Counted from the first letter of the stretch, positions 18,923 to 27,259 are shown. The stretch: DNA of 29,438 nucleotides from an uncultured archaeon (GCA_964430885.1 CAYSHM010000030.1:1-29438); one strand, 5' to 3'. A program made the numbers and translations. The notes: generated from the letters alone by a model not told the origin.

Positions 18923-19360
18923 TCATATATCCAAAACAGGCATTTCAGGTATATTCTTCAGGAAAAATTTGTTAATGATGTTCAATAAATTTTCCACATT
19001 GACACGATTCAGGCTCATATCGTTCAGAGTTTCAAGGTGATAATTGTTCATTTCTATCTTTCTTATTATTTTACCAGCGATCTCAAATGTAAATATATCA
19101 TTTTCAACATAAGCGCTTTCCCTGCCGTGACCCGACATATATATTGCAGTCAATTTCACACTGGTAACATGGTTTTCGACTGTAGCCTCCGATCTGATTT
19201 CCCAATCAAAAAGAGGGTCAATTCCCTTTGCTTCTTCTGCCTTCAAGTTCAGTTCAGCAACAGTTTTTTCCACATTTTCCAGGAGAATGTCCGCGAGGTC
19301 CTTTTCGTTAATTTCTGCCTTTTCCATTTTCATGCCCCGAATTGCAATAGATTTGTTCAT
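18923..19360 (-). CDS. Hypothetical protein
   Basis: 145-aa ORF tightly packed between its neighbours. Start may be a downstream Met. Confidence 0.7.
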   Translation of the reverse strand: MNKSIAIRGMKMEKAEINEKDLADILLENVEKTVAELNLKAEEAKGIDPLFDWEIRSEATVENHVTSVKLTAIYMSGHGRESAYVENDIFTFEIAGKIIRKIEMNNYHLETLNDMSLNRVNVENLLNIINKFFLKNIPEMPVLDI

Positions 19361-19369
19361 TCCCTTTAG

Positions 19370-19699
19370 TTATCCGTCTGATTTGACCTTATCCGCAACA
19401 ATATGGTATTCCAAAAAAATTTCCTTTGACCCTGGACTCTTTGATTCTCCTTTTATCCCCATTACTGAACCCCAAATGGTTATCATCTCAGTATTTGGGA
19501 TTTCTTCCGCAGCATAGATCACTATCTGGTCTCTGTCCTTATCATCGAAATAATAAATGAAGGGATGAGTGGTAAGGTTGGCTATCATGTGCTGCCAGGG
19601 TTCATTGGATATCCTCCCAGGTACACTGACCTTTTTGCCAACATGTTGACTGATATTTTTGAAATTTATTAACGGAGTATATTTAGACAAAAGAATCAC
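19370..19699 (-). CDS. Small OB-fold-like hypothetical protein
   Basis: HVGKKVSVPGRIS...WQH...YFD...QIVIY...ITIWGSV...EYHIV beta-strand pattern resembles an OB fold (inference). Confidence 0.7.
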   Translation of the reverse strand: MILLSKYTPLINFKNISQHVGKKVSVPGRISNEPWQHMIANLTTHPFIYYFDDKDRDQIVIYAAEEIPNTEMITIWGSVMGIKGESKSPGSKEIFLEYHIVADKVKSDG

Positions 19700-19801
19700 A
19701 CCATCCTGTTCTGTAGATATTGATATTAATTGGTTTATCCTGGGGTTGTAATATAGAAAATACCAACTATAAATAATCTACAAGGATTATGATTTTCACC
19801 A

Positions 19802-19847
19802 AGTAAAAAATAAAAAAAATTCCAGAAGAAAAATGATCTTCTGGAAT
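19802..19847 (-). terminator. Hairpin plus oligo-T terminator after the DxDxDG protein gene
   Basis: Perfect 11-bp inverted repeat ATTCCAGAAGA (19819-19829) / TCTTCTGGAAT (19837-19847) with a 7-nt loop, followed on the minus strand by two T-runs. Confidence 0.7.
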
Positions 19848-19912
19848 ATGTCCTACACCAGCAATAAGATCTGTTAATGAGAACTTAGTCAGAACTGGCT
19901 ACCGAATCCACC

Positions 19913-20680
19913 TTACTCCTCGCCTTCTCCACCTCTTCCTCTCCTGCCGCCTTTCCCGCCTTTCCTTCCACTCAGTTCCTTTATTTTCTCTCTCTTCTCC
20001 CTGAATTCCTCCCTTTTCTCTTTCCTCTCTTCCTTATCGGGAGTGTTTCCTACATAGGAGTCATCCTCGGAATCCGGAATTCCATCATTGTCGTCATCGT
20101 CATCACGGAAGTCGGGAATTCCATCATTGTCATGGTCATGGGGGAACTCGTCGTCGGTATCGTTTATGCCGTCACCGTCGTCATCCGGGTCCTCGCAGTT
20201 GGCTATGGAGTCATTGTCCAGATCTCCATTCATGAACATCTTTATCCTGTGCTTCATCATCTCTCTCATCCATTTGGGTTTAGGTTTTCCTTTTTCAGGA
20301 GTGTTCCCTACATAGTATTCATCGTCTTCATCCAGGATGCCGTCGTTGTCGTCGTCATCGTCCCTGTGGTCGGGTATGCCGTCGTTATCGTGGTCATGGG
20401 GGAACTCGTCATCGGTGTCGTTGATGCCGTCCCCGTCATCGTCCATGTCCTCGCAGTCGGGTATTGAGTCGTTATCAAGGTCGCCCTTTCCTCCTCCGGG
20501 TCCGCAAAGAGGTTTTTCCCCTTCTGGAGCCCCTTCCTCCATTTCGAAGAATCTTTCCATTTCACCTCTTTTTTCATTCACGTATTCTCCTGCATCTTCG
20601 CCTATACTGCCTGCAGCGACCCTTACAAGTAAAAGAATTGTCAGGGCCACTAGTCCGATAAATATTGTTTTTCGTTTCAT
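19913..20680 (-). CDS. Secreted Asp-rich protein with thrombospondin type-3-like (DxDxDG) Ca-binding repeats
   Basis: Signal peptide MKRKTIFIGLVALTILLL; repeated DxDNDG/DDDGDG motifs; basic C-tail. GGAGGTG RBS at 20687-20693 supports ATG 20680. Confidence 0.85.
   Translation of the reverse strand: MKRKTIFIGLVALTILLLVRVAAGSIGEDAGEYVNEKRGEMERFFEMEEGAPEGEKPLCGPGGGKGDLDNDSIPDCEDMDDDGDGINDTDDEFPHDHDNDGIPDHRDDDDDNDGILDEDDEYYVGNTPEKGKPKPKWMREMMKHRIKMFMNGDLDNDSIANCEDPDDDGDGINDTDDEFPHDHDNDGIPDFRDDDDDNDGIPDSEDDSYVGNTPDKEERKEKREEFREKREKIKELSGRKGGKGGRRGRGGEGEE
20040..20485 (-). repeat. Intragenic duplication of a ~62-aa module (copies ~20298-20485 and ~20040-20227)
   Basis: GDLDNDSI..CED.DDDGDGINDTDDEFPHDHDNDGIPD.RDDDDDNDGI...D..YVGNTP occurs twice, 258 nt apart. 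Confidence 0.92.
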
Positions 20681-20730
20681 CTTACACACCTCCATTTCCG
20701 TTTAGTTCACATAACTTCTATGGATTGGAG

Positions 20731-20787
20731 TATATATACAAATTTACCGAAATCACAACCCAATTAGACCCAAATCTCACCCAAATC
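20731..20787 (-). promoter_or_regulatory. TATA box plus four phased direct repeats (putative activator sites)
   Basis: TATATATA at 20731-20738. On +: ACCGAAATC (20746), ACCCAATTA (20758), ACCCAAATC (20768), ACCCAAATC (20779). Confidence 0.65.
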
Positions 20788-20846
20788 ATATCTGTTTTTG
20801 ACCTGGATTAGATATGCAGTTTTATTCTTAATGATAAACAATAAAG

Positions 20847-22589
20847 TTATAATTTCAATCCTTTTTTCTTTAAAATTTCTCTGATATATTTATCACTTTG
20901 ATCCCACTTATAGGGTATCTCTATTAGCGTAATTCCAAACGCTGCGCACTTTTCCCTCTTTTCTTTGTCCCTTTCCTGAATAATTTTGAGATTCTGTTTT
21001 GCCCATTTTTCTCCTTTTCCAGAGAAGTCGATGGGTTTGTAATGTTGTTCGCCTTGATATTCAAAGAATATTTTCCGGTCAGGTAAAGCTGCATCAAAAC
21101 GCATATGATAACCCGATTTGGAATATCTAAATTTGTCATTTGTATATTCAGGTATTGGAGTTTCATTGAAAATATCGCCAACAATTCCAGTCATCAGGCT
21201 TTGGTTTTGGTAATTATTACATAAGGGACATCTATGGCCGGCCTGAAATGTGTTAAATGATACATCGTATTCATGACCTTTCGGGCATTTAAAAAACATT
21301 TTATTTCGTTGGGGGATGTACTCGTTTTCTAAGATTTCATAATCAAATTTATTAGCGTATTCTTTCATAACTTTAAATGCCTGTTCAAATTTTCCCCGGC
21401 TGGTAAGATAGAATAAACGACCATTTTTACAAATACTACACTCAAAATTATTCTTGAAATGTTGCCACCAGACAATTGTTTCATGGCCTTCAGGACATTT
21501 CACTTTTACATTTGGTTTTTGGCTATCATAATCTTCAGATAATAAAATATATCCATGCTTTTGGAGTTTTTTAGAAATTATTTTTAATTTATTCTTTGCG
21601 TATTTCTTCTTCCAATCAGAAATACAATTCTTACATTTGCATCTATTACCCATAATGAAATTTGCAAATCTCATATATAATTCATTACCATTATTGCAGA
21701 GCATCTTAAGCTTGGTTTCATTGTTTATGTATTCTTTAGATGATAAGATATATCCCTCTTTTTCTATAGCACTTTTAACGTATTCATAGTCATGGCTGAA
21801 TTCTTCAGATAACCGTTCATTTCTACATAGAGGGCATCTTTTTCCAGAAAAAAAATTCCCGCCTCTTACCTTATAAATGTGGTTTTGTGGACACTTCACC
21901 CTGAGATAAGAACGCTGATTTATATATTCACCTTCAAGCCATTCATATCCTTCCGAGATGATTCTATTTTTCACATCCATTTCTTCTAAAGAATTTCGTC
22001 CAATTAAACTTTCATTATGGCATATGGGACATCGTTTACCTTGTTTAAAATCAGATTGGGTTACTTTATAAATATGTCCTTTATTACATTGGACTAAAAG
22101 CTTAGATTTTGCATTGATATAATCCTTTGTTAGCAGTACATAGCCAGATTCAGATTCAATCAATTCTTTTACTTGATCATATGATAATTTTGAACTTGCA
22201 GCTGATTTTATTAAACCACATTTTGGACACCAAGTTCCTTGTCTAATACTATTAGGTTCGGCTTCCCATTCATTGCCGCAACTACATCTCCATTTCAATT
22301 TTGTATGTGCATCTATATATTTTTCGGAAAGGCATTCTCCGCCATTTTTCTTAGCTATATCGTGCATATCGTTAATAGTCAATCGTCGTTTATCAGCCGA
22401 TTTTTTAACACCACAAATTTTACATCTGAATCCCGAGAAAAAGTTATTAGGTTGCATCCAAATAATATGTCTTTTAGGACATTGGATCTTCAACTTCGTA
22501 GAACTATTTACATATTCTTTACTTAATAGCCTGTAACCATTAACAGATTCGATTCGTCTTTTTACTTCTTCATAAGTGAGTTTTTTCAC
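20847..22589 (-). CDS. Tandem zinc-finger repeat protein with C-terminal PD-(D/E)xK/Vsr-like endonuclease domain
   Basis: Seven ~55-65 aa modules (GY.LL..EY.N...KL...C..GH......F..G.RCP.C) followed by MRFDAALPDRKIFFEYQGEQHY...RDKEKREKC...GITLIEIPY. Visibly AT-rich; GTG start with GGAG RBS. Confidence 0.85.
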   Translation of the reverse strand: MKKLTYEEVKRRIESVNGYRLLSKEYVNSSTKLKIQCPKRHIIWMQPNNFFSGFRCKICGVKKSADKRRLTINDMHDIAKKNGGECLSEKYIDAHTKLKWRCSCGNEWEAEPNSIRQGTWCPKCGLIKSAASSKLSYDQVKELIESESGYVLLTKDYINAKSKLLVQCNKGHIYKVTQSDFKQGKRCPICHNESLIGRNSLEEMDVKNRIISEGYEWLEGEYINQRSYLRVKCPQNHIYKVRGGNFFSGKRCPLCRNERLSEEFSHDYEYVKSAIEKEGYILSSKEYINNETKLKMLCNNGNELYMRFANFIMGNRCKCKNCISDWKKKYAKNKLKIISKKLQKHGYILLSEDYDSQKPNVKVKCPEGHETIVWWQHFKNNFECSICKNGRLFYLTSRGKFEQAFKVMKEYANKFDYEILENEYIPQRNKMFFKCPKGHEYDVSFNTFQAGHRCPLCNNYQNQSLMTGIVGDIFNETPIPEYTNDKFRYSKSGYHMRFDAALPDRKIFFEYQGEQHYKPIDFSGKGEKWAKQNLKIIQERDKEKREKCAAFGITLIEIPYKWDQSDKYIREILKKKGLKL

Positions 22590-22718
22590 CTTTTCAACTC
22601 TCCTAAATCAAAACAATATCATTTCAGAAAAAGCGTTGATATTCTAATAGGGTCATTGTTAATCAAATTAAAGTTAGTAATATTCTATTTTATTTTTCCC
22701 CGATTAATTAAACCGCTT

Positions 22719-25610
22719 TCACTCGATATAGAATGGGTTGCTTGGATCAGAATCCCTCTCCTCGGGATGAAAATCAGCATATCCGTAATCGTTGGAACAA
22801 TGACTGTAAGCTTGATCGAAAGCGTCCTCAACAGACCAAGTAGGATGGTTTCGTAGTCCGTTCACCAGGAACCAGTATGTGAAAGCCCCGTGTTGAAGGT
22901 TGGGGTCGTCAAGGCTGTACTCGTTTATCCCGCAGGCCTCGGCAATGTATCTTCCGGGTCCTGCAAGGTTATCATCATATCCGCCGCTGGCACAGCAGTC
23001 GAACACGAAAAGTATATGCGTGCTTTCAAAGGCCGAAAAGGCCTGCCCCAGTTCAACATCCCATAATCCTTGTTCAGCGTAATCCAGAATATAGGAACCA
23101 TCGTTGTAATCGCCATGTCCTGAATATGCGAAAACACAGTGGCTGTTGGAATCCTCGACTCCTCTCATCCAGGCGATCTCATTGAGGATGTTCTGTTTTG
23201 TGGCCTGGGAATCCACCAGTTTACGCACTGTATAGCCCTTATTGCTAAGGTATGTATCCCATGAATCAGCATCATCATCAGGATAGTTAAGGTCGCTGTC
23301 GTGACCCTGGTAATCAGCGATTCCAACAACAACTGCATACTTTGTGATCAAATTTGATTTCACGGTTATCCTGCAGGTGTCTGTATCGGTTAGTCCTCCT
23401 TCGTCTGTAACGGTAAGGGTTGCAGTGAAGGTTCCGGCTTCAATATAGGTATGCGTCTTTGTGCTTCCGTCCCCGTCCCCACCGTCCCCGTAGTCCCAAT
23501 GATATTCCAGGGTATGGCCGTCAGGATCGGATGAACCGCCTCCCTCAAGGGTAACCATGTCCTCAAGGTCAATGGTTTGATCGCTCCCGGCATTTGCTTC
23601 TGGCTGCCGGTTCATCTCAATGGTAACGCTTACAGTATCTGTAGAGATAGCCCCGTCATCATCAGTTACCCTTAGGGCTGCCTTATAGGTACCACCCACA
23701 GTGTAAATATAGGTCGTGTATGGGCTGTCATCGGAGTTCCAATCATATTCTCCGTTTCCGTCGAAATCCCACTCATACAAAACTATGTCACCGTCTTGGT
23801 CATGACCTTCTCCATTGAATTCCAGCTCCCTGTAGGTTATCTGCTCAGTAATCTCCAATTCCACAACTGCGGTGGGTGCTCTATTGTTAACTGTTATCAT
23901 CACAACATCAGTGGATTCCGCCCCGTCGTCATCAGTGACCCTGAGGACAGCTTCAAAATCACCGTCATCCTCATATGTATACACAGCCTTGGGTCCTCGG
24001 GTCTCGGAATCCCAATCGAAAAAGCCATCCCCGTCAAAGTCCCACTGGTATAGCACTATTTGGCCATCTACATCATATCCGCCGGAAACGAAAGTAACCT
24101 CTTCTAATGTGCTGACACTATCCTCATAGACCGAACCGTCAGCCAATGGGCCCTGATTGGATACTGATATGATAACCATGGATTCCGCGGTAGCCAAATC
24201 ATCATCCGTAACCCTTACAACAGCATGATATGTACCGTTGTCCATATAGTAATATTCAGTCAACCCCTCTTCATCAGAATTCCAATCCCAATCTCCATCG
24301 CTGTCGAAATCCCATTCATATTTGATAATGTTTCCGTCAGGATCGGCGGCTGTTGCATTGAATTCAACAGGTTCAAATGTATACACTGAACTGGTGTTTG
24401 ATTCCGAAATTACTGTGGGTTCTCTGTTTTCTATGGTTACGTTCGTTCTAATGAAAATGGAGTCCCCGTCATCATCCTCTACTGTTAAAGTGACAATGTA
24501 TTTCCCATTGTCCTCATAGGCATGGGTGACCCTGGGCTCTGTGGTGTTCAGGTCAGGTTCATTGTCCCCGTCGAAATCCCAGATATAGGTTTTTATAGTT
24601 CCATCGCTGTCCTGGGCTGTTGCATTGAAATATAATGAATTGTTGGTCAGAGCGATCCCTGCATTTAATTGAAGTTCCGCAGTGGGTTCCCTGTTTTTCA
24701 CCTCAATTTCCAGGGTATCGTTGCTTTGGGCACCGTCGTTATCGGTTATGAATATTGTAGCGTTGTAAATGCCGTCATCAAGGTATTCTGCTGTGAGGTT
24801 CCTGTAGGTTCTCATGTTATCTTCAAATATCCCATCCCCGTCAATATCCCATTCCCATTTCACCACCCTTCCGTCCGGGTCAGAATATTCAGCATAGAGT
24901 TCTATCTCCTCAAGGGTCAGAATGTTTTCCTGGGTCGCGAATATGTTAACATCAGGAGGTCTGTTTGGAATGGTTTTTGAATTATCAATATCAAGAATTG
25001 CGTTTGGTCCAGTGAGGAACATTTTTAACGCAAAAGCAGAAATTATCAGGATTACAACTAGAACCACAGTGATCACAACAATTTTCCTGCCCTTTCTGCG
25101 TTTTTTAGATTTTTTCTTTGAAGGAGGGGCCTTTTGACCGCCCTTTTTAATATCTTCATTATCAACCTTTTTCTCCTTTCCGGTTCCAGAAGGGGTCTTT
25201 TCGGTTACTAGTCGGCCATCATTGCCAGGAAAGCTGTAAGCCGAATGACTTGGACTCACTTCTTCTTCCAAGGGACTACTTATATCTGCTTCTTTATCGT
25301 CATAACCGTCCGAGGACCTATGGTAATCATTGTATGGATCTTCGTAGAATTTGTCGTCAGCGTCCTCGTAATGGTCGAGGTCAGAGTTTTGATCCAGTGC
25401 ATTTCCGTCGCCAAATTCTTCTTCAAAATCGGTATCTAGCTCCAGGGTTGAATCTCTATTGACCGTGTCCTGTTGATCGTCATTTCCACCAATATCCCAG
25501 GAAGGAAAAAGGCTGCTTTTTTCATCCGCTTTACTATGACCAATATTTGCATTATTCCAGTTCACCTTTAGCTTCTTGGGGGTTTTCTTCTGACCTTTGC
25601 TGTCATCCAT
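22719..25610 (-). CDS. Membrane-anchored 6xPKD protein with C-terminal caspase-like (clan CD) peptidase domain
   Basis: Acidic disordered N-terminus, KKKSKKRRKGRK + TM, six N..P...D.DG....W D.DGDG...Y...G.Y...L.VTDDDG repeats, then KYAVVVGIADY...DLNYPDDDA...ATKQNI...FAYSGHG...VFDCCASGG...HGAFTY. Confidence 0.9.
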   Translation of the reverse strand: MDDSKGQKKTPKKLKVNWNNANIGHSKADEKSSLFPSWDIGGNDDQQDTVNRDSTLELDTDFEEEFGDGNALDQNSDLDHYEDADDKFYEDPYNDYHRSSDGYDDKEADISSPLEEEVSPSHSAYSFPGNDGRLVTEKTPSGTGKEKKVDNEDIKKGGQKAPPSKKKSKKRRKGRKIVVITVVLVVILIISAFALKMFLTGPNAILDIDNSKTIPNRPPDVNIFATQENILTLEEIELYAEYSDPDGRVVKWEWDIDGDGIFEDNMRTYRNLTAEYLDDGIYNATIFITDNDGAQSNDTLEIEVKNREPTAELQLNAGIALTNNSLYFNATAQDSDGTIKTYIWDFDGDNEPDLNTTEPRVTHAYEDNGKYIVTLTVEDDDGDSIFIRTNVTIENREPTVISESNTSSVYTFEPVEFNATAADPDGNIIKYEWDFDSDGDWDWNSDEEGLTEYYYMDNGTYHAVVRVTDDDLATAESMVIISVSNQGPLADGSVYEDSVSTLEEVTFVSGGYDVDGQIVLYQWDFDGDGFFDWDSETRGPKAVYTYEDDGDFEAVLRVTDDDGAESTDVVMITVNNRAPTAVVELEITEQITYRELEFNGEGHDQDGDIVLYEWDFDGNGEYDWNSDDSPYTTYIYTVGGTYKAALRVTDDDGAISTDTVSVTIEMNRQPEANAGSDQTIDLEDMVTLEGGGSSDPDGHTLEYHWDYGDGGDGDGSTKTHTYIEAGTFTATLTVTDEGGLTDTDTCRITVKSNLITKYAVVVGIADYQGHDSDLNYPDDDADSWDTYLSNKGYTVRKLVDSQATKQNILNEIAWMRGVEDSNSHCVFAYSGHGDYNDGSYILDYAEQGLWDVELGQAFSAFESTHILFVFDCCASGGYDDNLAGPGRYIAEACGINEYSLDDPNLQHGAFTYWFLVNGLRNHPTWSVEDAFDQAYSHCSNDYGYADFHPEERDSDPSNPFYIE

Positions 25611-25703
25611 TGTAATTACCTGTTATCATATAATAGAACCAGAATTGGAACTTCTCAGAATATCTTGTTTAGTGAACTGTTTTCATCAAATATTAATATG
25701 AGC

Positions 25704-26201
25704 TTATTTTAAACTAAGATATAATAAAATCCCCAATGCCAGGGAAGCGAAAAGGTCAGGCATCATTTGAAAAGGTCCAAGTCCGAACCCCCAATAACCG
25801 AAGATCGAGTAGAAAATGGGGTTTGAGGTTATTCCGTATACCAGAAAGGCGAACATAACAATAGTAAGTCCCAGGGTGAAATCTGAATGTATCTTTCTGA
25901 ACGTCCCTAAGTATATGAAGATAAGGATCATTGAAATAGCAATATTTATGGAGGTCAAAGCTGACTTAGTGATCAAGTACTCCTTTGGTTCCATATTGAA
26001 GTAATTATCCGCATTATTTGGCGGCGCGGGAACTGCCGTTTTATTCCAAGATTGATTTCTAATAGGCGGGAACTGCTTTTCAATTCTCTCCCTTGCTGAT
26101 TTAGGAGGCTCAAGGGAAATCCTGCTCCCTAACAGCCCTCCTATCAATCCCGATAACAGGATTAATAGCAGAATGATCACGATGATTCCATTTCTTCTCA
26201 T
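25704..26201 (-). CDS. Membrane protein, paralog of 26320-26799
   Basis: Four TM helices; shares KSALT.IN..IS.ILIFIY...RKI.S.FTLGL.IVMF.FLVY.ITSNPIF...FGYWGFG.GPFQM.P with its neighbour. Confidence 0.85.
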   Translation of the reverse strand: MRRNGIIVIILLLILLSGLIGGLLGSRISLEPPKSARERIEKQFPPIRNQSWNKTAVPAPPNNADNYFNMEPKEYLITKSALTSINIAISMILIFIYLGTFRKIHSDFTLGLTIVMFAFLVYGITSNPIFYSIFGYWGFGLGPFQMMPDLFASLALGILLYLSLK

Positions 26202-26228
26202 AACTTATCAAAATGAAATCCGCGTTTC

Positions 26229-26275
26229 TTATTTATGCAATTTTTCCCAAATCGCACCCTATTCGGTCCCGATTT
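26229..26275 (-). promoter_or_regulatory. TATA-like box plus three phased repeats
   Basis: Minus-strand ATAAATAA at 26229-26236. On +: TCCCAAATC (26245), ACCCTATTC (26256), TCCCGATTT (26267), with 11-bp spacing. Confidence 0.55.
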
Positions 26276-26319
26276 TGATTGAAAAGTCCATTAATAATGA
26301 TCACAAAAAACTTCAATTT

Positions 26320-26799
26320 TTATTTCAAACTCAGATACAGTAGAATGGATAGTGCAATTGTAGCGAATATTTCGGGCAGCATCTGGAATGGTCCCATGCC
26401 AAAACCCCAGTAACCGAACATAACATGGAATATTGGATTGGATGTGATGGAATATACCAGAAAGGAGAACATAACTATCATCAGGCCCAGGGTAAAATTG
26501 GATTTTATTTTTCTATACAGCTGAATGTAGATAAAGATCAGTATAACTGATATTGTCATATTTATCATTGTGAGTGCGGATTTCAGGATTACATATCCTC
26601 TTACGTTGAATTGCTCAACAGGCGGAGGTCTGCCTGCGTTTTGATCTTGATCCTGAAACTCCTTGTTGAATCTCTCCTTGACACGTTCTGGAGGTTTGGT
26701 GGAAATGCGGTTCCCCATGACTGCACCGGCAAAGCCCATGAAAACTATTATGGCAATTATCAAGGATATCTTCACTTTTTTATTCATCTGTACCACCAT
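26320..26799 (-). CDS. Membrane protein, partner gene of the wHTH regulator
   Basis: Four TM helices; begins 11 nt downstream of the wHTH stop codon; paralog of 25704-26201. Confidence 0.85.
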   Translation of the reverse strand: MVVQMNKKVKISLIIAIIVFMGFAGAVMGNRISTKPPERVKERFNKEFQDQDQNAGRPPPVEQFNVRGYVILKSALTMINMTISVILIFIYIQLYRKIKSNFTLGLMIVMFSFLVYSITSNPIFHVMFGYWGFGMGPFQMLPEIFATIALSILLYLSLK

Positions 26800-26810
26800 T
26801 TTGGTCTATG

Positions 26811-27092
26811 CTATTTCTTGATCTGGTCCCATATGTCCTGGAAAATATGGTAATGTCTCTCCATAAGGTCTGATAAAAAGTACATGGCTCCGTAGCTCTT
26901 GTTCCCTGAAGTAACAATTATATCGTTTTTCTTTAGAACCTTCAGGTGGTGCCTTACCGTCTTATAATCAAGGCCAAGTTCCTCGGTAAGCTGGTTCGCG
27001 TTATAGGGCCGCCCATGCAGCGTCAGGATTATCCTTGCCCTGTTCTCCCCGCCCTTTGTCCCGGCAATAAGCCACCATAACAGCCTTTTCAT
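26811..27092 (-). CDS. ArsR-like winged helix-turn-helix transcriptional regulator
   Basis: MKRLLWWLIAGTKGGENRARII...RPYNANQL...LGLDYKTVRHHLKVL...YGAMYFLS, a pattern I recognise from archaeal ArsR-like regulators. Confidence 0.92.
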   Translation of the reverse strand: MKRLLWWLIAGTKGGENRARIILTLHGRPYNANQLTEELGLDYKTVRHHLKVLKKNDIIVTSGNKSYGAMYFLSDLMERHYHIFQDIWDQIKK

Positions 27093-27102
27093 TTCAAAGA
27101 AC

Positions 27103-27177
27103 GCTCCAATTCAAAACTAACTATAGACTCTATCGAAACTCTATGAATTCCAACATACTGACCTTTTTATTTAAAAA
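27103..27177 (-). promoter_or_regulatory. wHTH promoter/leader with ACTCTAT repeats downstream of a TATA-like box
   Basis: ACTCTAT at 27127 and 27138 (11-bp spacing) with weaker flanking copies; AT box TTTTTAAATAAAAA (minus strand) at 27164-27177. Confidence 0.4.
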
Positions 27178-27227
27178 CCTATTATTCTTATCTCGGTTTT
27201 TTCACCTCTCCCTTTTAGATGACCAAT

Positions 27228-27235
27228 TTTATATA
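27228..27235 (+). promoter_or_regulatory. Putative TATA box for ORF 27260
   Basis: TTTATATA about 25-32 nt upstream of the ATG. Confidence 0.5.
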
Positions 27236-27259
27236 TAAACCTGAAACGTTTACTGGGCT

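Noticed and set aside
19820-19846. TTCCAGAA/TTCTGGAA as heat-shock elements
   Set aside because: Better explained as the terminator hairpin with its adjacent T-tract.
20040-20485. Duplicated segment as a DGR TR/VR pair or CRISPR repeat
   Set aside because: Both copies are in-frame coding, differences are mostly synonymous and not adenine-specific, and there is no reverse transcriptase, cas gene or spacers.
20790-22718. IS element or transposon around the nuclease gene
   Set aside because: No terminal inverted repeats, target-site duplication or transposase motif found by eye.
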